Below, in pieces: positions 1-12,257 of a stretch of DNA of 64,000 bases (within the stretch, counting starts at the first letter, position 1; each line of letters starts with the position of its first letter). The notes under the pieces are model-generated. The model was not told the DNA's origin. It saw only the letters and a list, made by a program, of their open reading frames with translations, and searched no databases. Source of the DNA: Pristiophorus japonicus (taxonomy: Eukaryota); NCBI RefSeq assembly GCF_044704955.1, contig NC_091993.1:112406001-112470000 (forward strand). The letters are read 5' to 3'. The position numbers were made by a program, and so were the translations under genes.

Positions 1-1964
1 TGAGTGGATTGAAGGCGGGTTCTGATTTTGAACACTTTAACTTCCCACATGCCCCCAACCCACCCATTTTTTTAGGTTAAAATACCCCCCCCCCCACTCC
101 CCTCCCCACCATCTCTCTGGTCTTTAGCTCCAGTCTCCTGACAATATTACTTCTCTCACGCTTTTCTGTCTCTGGATCTCTTTTGCTTTGTGTCCTCATA
201 CTCTTTGCACCAACTCATATTGTAGATACGTGCTGAGAATATTAGAAATTAGTAAATATCTGTTGGATTGACCAGGTTAATGTTGTGAACCCTGATTAAT
301 TGCCTTGTTCCATTTCCAACCCAATTCTACTCTGATTATCCAATGCTTTTTCTTTTCTCTCTCTCTTTTGCTTATCAGTCTCTTCCTACATTACAAGAGT
401 GACTACACTTCAAAAAGTACTTCATTGGCTGCGAAGCGCTTTGGGATGTCTGGTGGTTGCGAAAGATGCTATATAAATGCAAGTCTTTCTTTCTTTCTCT
501 GTCTGCCTTCTGTTGAACCTTGAACTTTCCATCATGTGACCCAGCCGTCATGGCCATCAAACTTTTGAAAGTTCCTCCACCACCTTGGAGGCCATTTTGA
601 AACTAAACTGGATAAACAACATCCTTAAAGAAAAACTTTGAGCATCTGGGTTTGCTGCTTGGTTACCTATTTTTGCTGCTCACATCTGGATTCCTGTTAA
701 GTACAAGGATCCCTTGTCGACCTGGAAGTGCTTCAAGCTTGGTGAAAGTCAAGTGATCACAAGATTAAGCAGATGCACAAGATGAAGACAAAGGTGGTTC
801 CCAGAATGTTTCAAAGGTTACTCTGACTGTGGTGACAGGAAGTCACTTGCAGCATGGTTCCAAGTCTATTAAAGCATCTAAAAGCTGACTTTGGCATTGG
901 TTGAGCATTAAGGGTATTTGGGCAATTAATCGTGGTGCCAAGCACTAGCGTAAGCTCATTTGCTTTTGCAAGTGCAGTGAAACAACTGGCAGTAAGTTAA
1001 GTCATGCAATTGATTGCAAGATGCAATCAGGCAAATTATCAACTCAACAATTAGAAATGAGCCACTTGACCTTTTCCAAGGAGACCAAATTTGACATTTC
1101 AGTCCAGAGCTTTGTTTAAAAGGAAAGAGGCAGTCAAGGGCTTTGGGTTCCATGTGTTCCTGTCAGCTGGAGCGGTGAAGCCTCTGGAAAAAAAAATTGT
1201 GTGCATGGTAAACAAAGCCTTATTGACAAAAGAGGGAAGCTAAGTACTGTCGGAAGCTGCTTGAGAGCTTAAAATAGTCTGCATGAGAAAATAGGCCGCA
1301 CAATTAACTGAGGAGTGATGGCAAAGGGAGAGCAGCCGGTTCGAAAGTTAACCGGTGGCCAGCTTCAGAAAGGAAGGTGGATTCAAGCTTCCAGATGCCG
1401 TGGGAGGAAGAGACCAAATCTACAGGGCCCTCAGGTTCTGATGAGTAAATATGTTTGCCGAAGTTGCATGCGTATTATGAATGGGTGATTATTTTTGATG
1501 AATTTACTTTATGGCAGTAAGTTATGTAATCTCCTTTGAGATTGTACAATAGCTCCCCTGCTGAGCAAGTACACTGCATGAAGTGTTACTAACCCACACA
1601 GATCCAGGATGCTCAGCTTTCATTCCAGTTTCAATGAGCTGATCTGTGCCAGGGCAGCAGTTGGATCCGGGTTAGGGTCCCCTGTGCTGGGGGAGAGTAA
1701 AGATTAACTTGAGTTCTCGTTGTTGACGGCTATCCATCTGCACTCATTGAAAAGTGCACATGTGGACATTGGGGTAGACAGGCTGGAGTGTGCTGCCTTT
1801 ATGGCCAAATTGCCAAGACCACACATTGCTGTTTAAGCTGACACATGAAGAATGTTCACTTTGGTGAAGTTTTGGAGGACTTTTGATACCTGTAAAGCTA
1901 TATCCTGGCAGGAATTGCTCTTTCAGGAGAGAAGGGATGAAGGGGGGGAAAAAAACTGGCAATA

Positions 1965-2410
1965 AGAAAGACTTGCATTTATATAGCGCCTTTAATGACC
2001 ACCGGACGTCTCAAAGCATTTTACAGCCAATTAAGTATTTTTGGAGTGTAGTCACTGTTGCAATGTAGGAAAAGCAGCAGCCAATGTATGCACATCAAAC
2101 TCCCCTAAACAGCAATGTGATAATACCAGATAATCTGTTTTTGTTATGTTAATTGAGGGATAAATATTGGCCAGGACACTGGGGATAACTCCCCCGCTCT
2201 TCTTTGAAATAGTGCCATTGGATCTTTTACATTCATCTGAGAGAGCAGATGGGGCCTCAGTTTAAGGGCACCTTCAACAGTGCAGCACTCCCTTAGCACT
2301 GTACTGGAGTGTCAGCCTAGATTTACATGCTCAAGTTCCTGGAGTGGGTCTTCAACCCACAACCTTCTGACTCAGAGGTGAGAGTGCTACCCACTGAGCC
2401 ACAGCTGACA
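1965..2410 (-). mobile_element. tRNA-derived SacSINE1/DeuSINE-type SINE, full length
   Basis: A-box (TGGCTCAGTGG) and B-box-like head, central GGCACTATTTCAAAGAAGAG...TATTTATCCCTCAA domain, and tail GGCGCTATATAAATGCAAGTC. Confidence 0.85.
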
Positions 2411-2859
2411 TTGTGGCTTATAAAAAGAGATTCTAAAATAAATAAATGCAGTAATGAGTCATGCTATGTGGTGTTTGATTATACTAAAGGCAACAACCGA
2501 AGGCAATGCTCAATCATTTGTGCCTAAATTTTGTCTGATCCACTCTTGAGAGCACTTTACATGACACCAATCTGAAGAAGAGGAAGACGTTGGTGATACG
2601 GAGAAGGAGGGCATAAATGGTAGCTTATGTAATCATCCAATACCTGAGAGGCTCAGCATGGCCAAGGCAGATAAAAGTGTGTAATGGGCAACTGGTTGCC
2701 TGGGCCTTCTAGCGCCCACCACAAGAAAGGGATAGGGTCCTGTTAAAACATCAGCCGCTATAGTGAGAGCTGACCATCCCCTTGGACACCTCCGGACACT
2801 AGGAGGTGAAGGGTGCTCCGAGTACTTGGATCAACCCAGAGCCACCTTTCCTATTCTAA

Positions 2860-3320
2860 AGAACCAGAGGCGACATGAGGAAAAACTTCTTTGCACAACG
2901 AGTGGTTAGGATTTTGAATGCGCTGCCTGATAGGGTGGTGGCGGATACAGATTCAATAGTAGCCGTCAAAAGGGAATTGGATAAATACTTGGAGGAGAAA
3001 AAAATTGCAGGGATATGGGGAAAAAGCGAGGGAGTGGGACTAACTGGATTGGTCTTCATAAGAGCCAGCGCAGACTCGATGGGCCGAATGGCCTCCTTCA
3101 GTGCTGTACTATTCTATGATTCTATGATCACGCACGACAGGCTACATCCTTCTTCATATTGACCGCACAATGTTCCAACAAGTGGATAATAAGGGAATCA
3201 AGGGATATGGGGATAGTGTAGGAAAGTGGAGTTGAGGTAGAAGATCAGCCAGGATTTTACTGAATGGCGGAGCAGGCTCGAGGGGCCGTAAGGCCTACTC
3301 CTGCTCCTATTTCTTATGTA
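2860..3320 (+). mobile_element. Two CR1 3'-end fragments
   Basis: ORF MRKNFFAQRVVRILNALP, CR1 3' UTR hairpin motif GGGCCGAATGGCCT and a TTCTATGA tail. Confidence 0.85.
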
Positions 3321-3473
3321 TGAGGTAGGTAGCTGGGGACAAGGGACTCGTGCTCGTCTGTTGACCTAACTTTGTCCCCCGCTGCCCAGCTCCTTCCACT
3401 CAGCACAGAGAGGTTTCCCAGCCAGACCTTGTCCGATGCCTGAGCTGGCTCAGTCAGTGGCATGGTTGGATCA

Positions 3474-4057
3474 ACATAGAAACATAGAAACATAGAAAAT
3501 AGGTGCATGAGTAGGCCATTCGGCCCTTCTAGCCTGCACCGCCATTCAATGAGTTCATGTCTGAACATGCAACTTCAGTACCCCATTCCTGCTTTCTCAC
3601 CATGCCCATTGATCCCCCTAGTAGTAAGGACTACATCTAACTCCTTTTTGAATATATTTAGTTAATTGGCCTCAACAACTTTCTGTGGTAGAGAATTCCA
3701 CAGGTTCACCACTCTCTGGGTGAAGAAGTTTCTCCTCATCTCAGTCTTAAATGGCTTACCCCTTATCCTTAGACTGTGACCCCTGGTTCTGGACTTCCCC
3801 AACATTGGGAATATTCTTCCTGCATCTAACCTGTCTAAACCCGTCAGAATTTTAAACGGTTCTATGAGATCCCCTCTCATTCTTCTGAACTTCAGTGAAT
3901 ACAAGCCCAGTTGATCCAGTCTTTCTTGATATGTCAGTCCTGCCATCCCGGGAATCAGTCTGATGAACCTTCGCTGCACTCCCTCAATAGCAAGAATGTC
4001 CTTCCTCAAGATGGGAGACCAAAACTGTACACAATACTCCAGGTGTGGCCTCACCAA
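3474..4057 (-). mobile_element. CR1 3' fragment, same subfamily as 43091-43665
   Basis: ORF VRPHLEYCVQFWSP...FTQRVVNLWNSLP with a (CATAGAAA)n tail. Nearly identical to the 43-kb copy by eye. Confidence 0.95.
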
Positions 4058-4249
4058 GTGGCCTCATCCAATGGTACTGTGGCTGATGTACCACTCCAGC
4101 CAGAAGGTGAGCCAACCGAGGCTGGGATAAATGATGGCTTCAACAGAAGCTCCACCCTGGGCAGTCTGGGTCTGTAACATCACCCAGGCGGCAGTCAGCA
4201 TAATTATTGACCTGTGACCTTACGCCCTCTTATACTTTTTTTTAGATTT

Positions 4250-4900
4250 ATTTCAGCAACATGTTTATTTTCATCACCGGATCGCGAAATAAACTATTTT
4301 TTAATAGTCAGCTTTTCGTTCTGGGTCCTTCGGCTGGATTGCGACTGGGTTTTCGCCATGTTTTGACCATCCGCGGCGAAAAACCAGGCGCTCAGCTGTT
4401 TTTCGCCCGGTCACAATCCCCGGCTCGGTTATGCGGCCGGGGAGAGCTGCTCCGGGGTGTAATGACTCGGATTGCATTACCGTCCGAGTTTCTGGACTCT
4501 CCTGACCCGTACACCATGCCCCGAAGATTGCCAGCAGCCCTGCCAACAGCGGTAAGTTGGAAAAACTGAAAAAAAGCAAGTTGAAGTTTTTATTTTATTA
4601 TATTTTTGCCGCGATTTGTCAGGCAAGGGCATTGGCAATGTTTTTGAATGTTTCTTTGAATTTTTTTTCCCCCCTCCCAAGACCTCTCTCGGGAGCGCTC
4701 CCGGCCCCGCACTAAAGTTAGCGAGGATCCCATTTTTGCGCCCCGAAAAATAATCCAATGCCTCCCTCTGTGCTGCACCCCTGGTACAGACCACAAGTGC
4801 CGAAAGTTAGGCAATTAATCGGTAACGTTAATTGGGCAGTAATTTTCATGCATCGCCTCCGTTTTTGCCCCAAAACGGAGAAAGCCAAAAATCCAGTGCT
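4250..4900. mobile_element. GC-rich non-coding DNA-transposon/MITE remnant
   Basis: CpG-rich, ends in AAAAATCCAGTGC resembling the TIR of the 23540 element, and has no coding motif. Confidence 0.45.
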
Positions 4901-5463
4901 ATGTGTTGACACCCCATTGTTTGAACTTTTTCAGTCAGACTGATCTGTTTTCAGCTGAGTTTGAATGAACCGTGTTCAGCCAAAAAGAGCCTCCATTTTC
5001 AGATACTGTCATCAAATTCAAAGCAGCACTGGTGCAGAACGGCAGAGCAGTATCTGAAAGGAATCGAAAACCAGCACAGAATGAGGTACGGCCATTTGAC
5101 TTCTTCCACAGACTATGTACAATCCACCCTTTCATGGACTTGAACCTCCTGAGGGAAAGCACTATGGTCGCTGCTAAGGTGCACAATTCTCAAAGGGTGT
5201 CCCAACATAGAGTCCAAGAGGTAGAATGGAATTTGAGCCTAAGGAGTTGACCTCTTCGACTTTGGTGCTATCTTAAGACTGCCACTTGAAAATTGCCGAC
5301 AGACTCCATTTGAGAATCACAAATATTGGCGAGACTGGTTCTCCAAATAACTCCCTGGCCCTCCAAAGATTACCAAACAAAAATCCAGGGGATCCAGCCA
5401 TCCCCAAATCTCCATTTATTTCTATCCGGCCTTTTCCAAAGATGGCAGTTCCTTGGATTGCAC

Positions 5464-5624
5464 TGACACAGTTTGACAGAATTAAAAACAGACAATACTG
5501 GAAACACTCAGCGAGAGAAACAGAATCCCCTGAAACACTAACTCTGTTTCCCTCTCTACAGACGTTGCCTGGCCTGCTGAGTATTTCCAGCATTTTCTGT
5601 TTTTAATTCTGTCGAACTGTGTCA
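5464..5624. repeat. Inverted repeat (49-bp arms) built from Penelope termini
   Basis: 5464-5512 and the reverse complement of 5576-5624 differ at 4 of 49 positions. Confidence 0.85.
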
Positions 5625-5876
5625 AAAGATGCCCCCGGGGGTGGGTGGGGGGGGCGATGGTTTGGAAGCCGAACTGAAGGGATGAAAACTCTTGGGTTAT
5701 GCAGCAAGCAGCATCAAATGAAGCCGGGGGGGGAGTGGTGCTTCCCAATCTAAGCAAACCTATTGCATATGCTCAGACCTGGATGTGGTCCATACTAAGG
5801 CATCAACCTTTGGAAGAGAGACAACAAAGAAGCTTGCCCTGCTGTTTTGAGCTTCTTGCAAAGGTACAATTTAATC

Positions 5877-7026
5877 ATGGGGGCAATACTGACAATGCCA
5901 TACTTTGTGCAAGGCTTCTGCATGATGGTGCTGCGGAAGAGACAATTGATTCAACGTCATCACATGAGGAACCTCCGAGCACAAAGGATGATGGGCAAGA
6001 GGCCTTACCCACGTCTGGTATATCAAGACAGGATTTCATACCTGCACCTGAGTGATGCAGACTTTGTGAAAAGGCTGCATTTCTGCAAAGAAGTTGAAGT
6101 TGTAACCAAGATCTGTGAGTTAGTAAAAGCAGACCTGCAACCTCGAAGCATCAGGAGGACTGCTGTGTCAGTTGAAGTGAAGGTTACAGCTGCACTTTCA
6201 TTCTATGCATCTGGATTGTTCCAGACCACAACTGGGGATGTGTGCGTCATTCCTCAACATGCAACACATATCTGCATTTGGCAGGTTACTGCTGCACTAT
6301 ATGCCTGGAGGAATGACTACAAAAAGTTCCCCATGACCATCCAGGCAATGCGTGACAGGGCTGTGGGCTCCTTCAGGATTGTTGGCTTCCCCAAGGTACA
6401 GGGCTGCATTGATTGTACCCACATCGCCTTGCGAGCACCTTTTTGGAGGATTCCGAGATATACAGGAACAGAAAAGGCTTCCACTCTGTTAATGTGCAGC
6501 TCGTGTGTGACGACATGCATCGCATCATGTCAGTTGATGCAAGATACCCTGAGAGCACCCTTGATACGTTCATCCTACATGAGAGTGCTATATCCGCCGT
6601 GTTTCAGCAGAAGCCAGAAGGGCTGGGAGACAAGGGATATGGCCTCGCTACCTGGCCCATGACCCCCTTAAGCGTAACCTGGACGGAAGCTGATGCAGCA
6701 TAATAGAGAGGATCATTGGCATCTTGAAACAGCGTTTCCGATGCCTGGACCATTCCGGAGGCTACTTGCAATACTCCCCTGAGATTGTCGGTCAGTTCAC
6801 TGTTGTGTGCTGCATGCTGCATAACTTAGCCATCATGAGGCAGCAGCAGCTGGTAGTAGAAGACCCACCTGAAGTGAGAGTGACTGATGATGAGGAGGAG
6901 GACGAGGAAGTCATGCAACTACCTGAAACCGGAGCACGACAGTGGAGGTGGGCAGGCTGTCGTGGCCCTTTAACGATTGCTCGAGCCTTGCGCCAGCAGC
7001 TCATCCGTGAACGCTTTGCTGCCTGA
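5877..7026 (+). pseudogene. Harbinger (HARBI1-like) DDE transposase, frameshifted
   Basis: Motifs KVTAALSFYASG, FPKVQGCIDCTHI, YRNRKGFHSVNVQLVCD, LGDKGY and LKQRFRCLD...CCMLHN are spread over three ORFs (5847..6662, 6413..6703, 6724..7026). There is a frameshift near 6445 and a stop at 6701-6703. Confidence 0.9.
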
Positions 7027-7503
7027 AGGCTCAGTGGTAACTATTCCAAATGGACCATGTTTACTGTTTGGACCTGTTCCATAATGTGTTGTGTTAATGG
7101 AAGTAATAATAGAAATGATTCTTCTTTACTTCAAAAAGTTGTGTTAATAATGGAACAAATAATGGAAATGATTCAGTTATAATTTAAAATATATTTTATT
7201 CAAAAGTTTAACAACCATTTGTTTGTACTTAACTTTAATAAAAATATTCTTGTATCAAACTTTAAAGTTTTCAGTTAAGATCACTTACAAACTTTTAAAC
7301 TTGTAAATTTGCAAAAAGCTTTTAAGTTCAGAATAGTTACAACAGTAACAACAATAATAATAATAACAACAACAGCAGCAAAGAAAGGTTACACCCATCT
7401 CTCCTCCACCTTATTCTAAGACCGCCCGCGGCGCTTGGTCTTGGAGACTCCATCCCTGCCCGCAGGCAGTGGCGCAATGTTTCTCGGGTTGCTACTAAGC
7501 TCA

Positions 7504-9057
7504 TTATTTCGAACATCTCGGGTAATGTGCACTTATTGATGGAGGGGGAGGTGGAGGAGGTGGGGGAAGGGGGTGGGGAGGTGGGGGAGGCCCGGTTTGG
7601 GCCCCTTCAGAGGCTGGTGCGAGGTTTGGAGTGGGAGTGGTAGTTGATTCTGTCAATGGGCGCGAGGTCTGGGCGTGTTCCCTTGCAGCAGCTACCTCTG
7701 ACATTCCCTCCCTCATGTGTCCTGACAGTGTCTCAACTACCTCCGACACTCCCTCCCTCATGTTCGCCAACTGTGTCTCAGCTACCTGCGACATTCCCTC
7801 CCTCGTGTTGACCAACAGTGTGTCAGCTGCCTGAGACATTCCCTCCCTCATGTTCCTGGACAGTGTTCCCATTTCTCGTGAGAGTATTGTTACTTCTCCC
7901 GTTAGTCCCGATACCTCATCACCCACCCCACTGATGGTGTCCAGGAGTGATCATGTAAGGTCAATGCTCTCCCCATCATTGGCATCATGTGACCCACATC
8001 TGTTAGACCCATAGCCTCAGACGGTGGGGCCCTGGGTGTGCCTCGCTGCATCCCACTGGGACCCGCAGCCTCGGACGGTGGGAAACTGTGGAATATCCCA
8101 ACCACACTTGTGCCACTCAGGAAAGGGGCTGGCACCTCAATGGGTGACACCTGTACCTCCTCCAGAGTGAGTACAACAGTGGGGGCTTCATCCATCACTT
8201 CCCCCTGCCCCTCCTCCTCACCCCCATGCTCTTGGTCTGGAAGGTGGGATTGGAAGATGTTCTCTTCAGGCTCATCTGCGTCTGAATCTTCTGCATTGCC
8301 AGGGTAGGCCTCAAGTTCTGCAAAATGTGACAGAACAGACAAGTGGTTAGCAGCAGAGGAGGGGGCTGGGTGGGTGGCATGAGTAGGCTCACACAGCGCG
8401 GGCAGCAGGGCTGACTTGAAGGACCACGATGAATGATAGCACATTGCATCAACCGAAGCGTAGCTGACGGAGACATCCCCATGGCTAGCCCGCGCAGTAC
8501 TTAACACTTAGCAAAGCCAGACTGTGGAATTTGCAGGACTTACCCTCACCCTCGAGTGTGGGCCCAGCTTGTGCAGTGCCGGTTGCTTTTCTCCAGGCAG
8601 GACCCATCAAAGCAGCGACCCTGTCTTCCAAGGGTGTCAGTGGGTTCAGATTTGCCAGGCCTCTTCCTGTTTGAGTTCTTTCCCTTTTGTTGTGTGCCAC
8701 TTTCCTCTGTAAAGATGAAAATATAACTTTTTAGAGAGGGTGGCTTTCTGCTGGGTGGGACATATACAGATGGTCACATTTACAATTGCAATTCCAGTGA
8801 ATAAATGAAAATATTACTTACACGAACTACTTGACCAAGGTCCTGCCACTTCTTTTTGCATTGGCCTCCTGACCTCAGGGTGGTCACCATTGCACAGTAA
8901 TCTTCTGCAACTTGGTTCCAGCCTTTCGTCATTTCGTTTGGTGAAACTTTTATGTGACCTCTGCTGGTGTCCAGCTTGTGCCATCTGGCCTCAATTACAG
9001 TAATAATTCCTCCACTTCATCCTGTAACAAATTCTTGATCCTTGAGCCACGTTGCAT
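7504..9057 (-). pseudogene. Harbinger Myb/SANT-like (NAIF1-type) DNA-binding gene, three exons, frameshifted
   Basis: Exon 1 is 9057-8822 (MQRGSRIKNLLQDEVE.../IEARWHKL...WNQVAE...RSGGQCKKKWQDL, gtaagt donor). Exon 2 is 8706-8544 (RKVAHNKRERTQTGRG...). Exon 3 starts at 8317 and encodes an acidic/Pro-rich region. Introns are GT-AG and in phase. Frameshifts occur in exons 1 and 3. Confidence 0.82.
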
Positions 9058-9986
9058 ATTGTACTGCAGCTCCAATTTTTCCAATGAGAATTAAAGTTCT
9101 CACATACAACTGGCTCTTTAAAAATGGCCGAATGCAGACCAGGCGCTGTACTGGACATGTGCGCCCATAGCAATCACATCAAAAACATCCTTTTTTTTTC
9201 CTGCGCATGCGCAAAAGGGGGGAGGGGCATTGTTTTTTCGGCGCAGACATTAGGCTCCATCCCCCGACGCTGAAGGACATGCTGCGCGTCGCCAATTTCA
9301 AAAAATAGAAAGGGGAAACTTGCTAATTTTGTTTTTGCAGTAGTCGGGACCAAAAAAAGGGCGTAACTGTGGCAATATGCCAAAAAATGGCATTGAGGAA
9401 AATTGAGCCCCATGAAACTCCCGAATTGTCGTAAAAATCCATCTGGTTCACTAATGTCCTTTAGGGAAGGAAATCTGCCGTCCTTACCCGGTCTAGCCGA
9501 TATGTGACTCCAGACTCACAACAATGTGGTTGACTCTTAAATGCCCCTCTGAAATGTCCGAGCAAGTCATTCAGTTGTACAAAAATGGTGACAAATGTAT
9601 TTTTGCAAGTGTATAACAAGTGCAGGCAATACACCCTCACCAGTATCTCTGAAGACTGAAACAGCCTTGTAGAGCACTTCTCCCACAGCTCTGGTTAATA
9701 TTGCCCTTAACCACTTTAAAAATTGTGTTGAAAAGACCACTGTTTATAATCCTGCTGTTGAATTCTTGCCTGCTGGTTACTTGGATTAGAGGTGGGTGTT
9801 TTTCATGAAAGGTTTTATGTAATGAGTACAAGAAACATTGTGCTTGTGTAAGCATATTGTTAACATGAGGATTATATTAAAACCAGTTTGTTTCTGTTGA
9901 TGCCAGTTACTGTGAAAAGGCTTTAAGAAAACAACCCAAGTGCCTTTCGGACAGCAGTTCTTGATGATAATTCTGCTTTTCCCATT

Positions 9987-10500
9987 TCATCATCATCATC
10001 ATCATAGGCCGTCCCTCGAAATCGAGGAAGACTTGCTTCCACTCTCAAAGTGAGTTCTTAGGTGGCCGTACAGTCCAATGCAGGAATTTCAGTCTCTGTC
10101 ACAGGTGGGACAGACAGTGGTTGAAGGAAAGGGTGGGTGGAGAGTCTGGTTTTCCGCACGCTCCTTCCGCTGCCTGCGCTTGGTTTCTGCATGCTCTTGG
10201 CGACGAGACTCGAGGTGCTCAGCACCCTCCCGGATGCTCTTTCTCCACTTAAGGTGGTCTTTGGCCAGAGACTCCCAGGTATCGGTGGGATGTTGTATTT
10301 TATCAAGGACGTTTTGAGGGTGTCCTTGAAACGTTTCCTCTGCCCACCTTGGGCTCGCTTGCCGTGTAGGAGTTCCGAGTAGAGCGCTTGCTTTGGGAGT
10401 CTTGTGTCTGGCATGCGAACAATGTGGCCCGCCCAGCGGAGCTGGTTGTGTGTGGTCAGTGCTTTGATGCTGGGGATGTTGGCCTGATCGAGGACACTAA
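9987..10500 (-). mobile_element. RTE-clade LINE 3' end
   Basis: ORF MPDTRLPKQALYSELLHGKRAQGGQRKRFKDTLK, a C-terminal C2H2 (CPTCDR) and a (GAT)n tail. Confidence 0.9.
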
Positions 10501-10539
10501 CGTCTTTACACCTTCTCGAGACCCAAATTCTGTTTCTTT

Positions 10540-10803
10540 ACCTGTCCCATTAACATCTCCTTTTGCCTTGCATCATCATCCCTTTTGTCATTTAATCTCT
10601 CCTGCCTGCCACCTCATCACAGACCTTCCCTTTTGTCCTTTCCTCCCCTCCCACCCCCTTTCCCTGCCCCTGCACTTGCTTAAAACCTGTCACATCTCAA
10701 ACTTCTTCCAATTCTGATGAAAGGTCATCGACCTGAATCGTTAACTCTGTTTCTCTCTCCACAGATGCTGCCCGACCTGTTTCCAGCATTTTCTGTTTTT
10801 TAT
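10540..10803 (+). mobile_element. Penelope pseudo-LTR with a hammerhead-ribozyme motif
   Basis: Homologous to 26430-26720. CTGATGA-AAGGTCATCGACCT-GAAT-CGTT-AACT at 10714-10746. Confidence 0.8.
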
Positions 10804-10948
10804 GCTTTGGCTGTGTGCTGCTCCTGGGTCATATGTCAGGATTCAATCTTTAAAAATCACCAGATCTCTTCCATTTTAGCTACTTAAGGGAAAATTCAGA
10901 AGATAATAATCTTCTAAACCACAACAAATATGCTCCAGCCATTATCTA

Positions 10949-11172
10949 TGTGATGTATATAGCACACAAATCACTGACTCCACACGGTCTGGTGTTGATC
11001 TAACTGCTGTGACCTTAGTCCTTTATTGAACAGCTCCAGAATGGCCTCCAGGTGTGGTGGGCAGCCTTTTATACTGCCTCGTGCAGGTACTTTCAGGTCT
11101 CCCACCACAGCGCCCTCTGTGATACACCATTGTACTTATCATACATTTAATGCACCAGAGCAATACACAACA
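10949..11172 (-). mobile_element. Gypsy solo LTR
   Basis: TG...CA termini with a perfect 5-bp TSD ATCTA (10944-10948, 11173-11177). Similar to the LTRs at 50117-50286 and 51010-51331. Confidence 0.85.
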
Positions 11173-11569
11173 ATCTACTTTAACCCTTTTGAGGATGGCT
11201 TACAGATCATGACCCAACAAAACACCTGATTATAGATTTACAGTATCTTCCCGTGAGACACGTGTCTAAACCCAACGATTGCTATAACTCTGTGGACTGT
11301 TAATAAAGTGAAATTATAAAAAGAAACAATAAATCTTTTCCATGCTGAACTCCAGTCAGCAAAAGATGGGATGTTCTATTCAAGTAAGCTGGTAAAACAA
11401 TTATAATTTTGATGCTGGTCACTTTATACTATAAAAGTTCTCAAAGACCCAGTTTAAACCAAAGCCGCCTGGTGGGGTTTGGGTCATGTGCCCGGTTTAC
11501 ACCCCGTTAAATTTAATGAAGCTGTGTATTGTCAGTGTCTCGTTGGAAATGGCTGAAAGCCAAGTGATC

Positions 11570-12255
11570 ACCTTGGAGAGACGAAAAAACAGATAAAAAC
11601 CCTGGCCCATCGGGGGTGGGGGGGAAATCAGAAAAATTCCTCTCCGTCCCCCTGTTGAAAGGAGTCTGGGAGACCAATCTGGTCCTGCCTCATGTCACAC
11701 AGTACCTACCTTTTGTACGAAGTAATGTCCACCCCAGCCAGAAACAGGCCCGGCTCTTGCTTGAAGGAATTCGGAGAATCGGTGTCCACGATTGTCTGGG
11801 AAAAGAACCACCTAGCCTAGTTCTGGCCTTACATAACTTGTGTTTGTGACTCCTGGTCCTCCTGAACCAACTTAGTTGAAATAAACCGTGATCAGGTGAC
11901 CTCTAAGTCTACGCTTCTCTAAAGTGCAGCATTCCAGGTCTTTGAAACTATCTTGGTAACTAAGATGTTTCAAACTGGCAATTAATCTTGTAATAAAAGT
12001 TAAACCCCATATTTTCAGGATTTTCCCAGTAGGATTTGTAGTTTGAAAGAAACCGCTGCGGTTTACCTCTGAGACACAAAGCTCCATCTAGCTCACACAG
12101 AGGAGCTTAAAGTTTTGTATCTCTAAGAGGTGAGATGAGGAGAATTTTTTTATGCAGCGAGTTGTTGTGATCTGGTATTTGTGGCCTGAAAGGGCGGTGA
12201 GAGCAGATTCAATCGTAACCTTTAAAAGGGATTTGGATAAATTGCAGGGATATGA
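11570..12255. mobile_element. Degenerate CR1 3' fragments in both orientations
   Basis: Translations LEKRRLRGHLITVY (minus) and FFMQRVVVIWYLWPERAV (plus). A 3' UTR-like segment is shared with 60820-60958. Confidence 0.6.
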
Positions 12256-12257
12256 AA

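Larger units (their letters stand above)
5630..9410. mobile_element. Decayed Harbinger/PIF DNA transposon (transposase plus Myb/SANT gene, convergent)
   Basis: HARBI1-like and Myb-like ORFs point toward each other. The right end reads GGGCTCAATTTTCC on the minus strand at 9410, a TIR-like end. The left TIR was not identified. Confidence 0.85.

Noticed and set aside
5877-9057. Domesticated host genes HARBI1 / NAIF1
   Set aside because: Both ORFs have frameshifts or stops and sit in the convergent two-gene layout with a TIR-like end, typical of a transposon copy.
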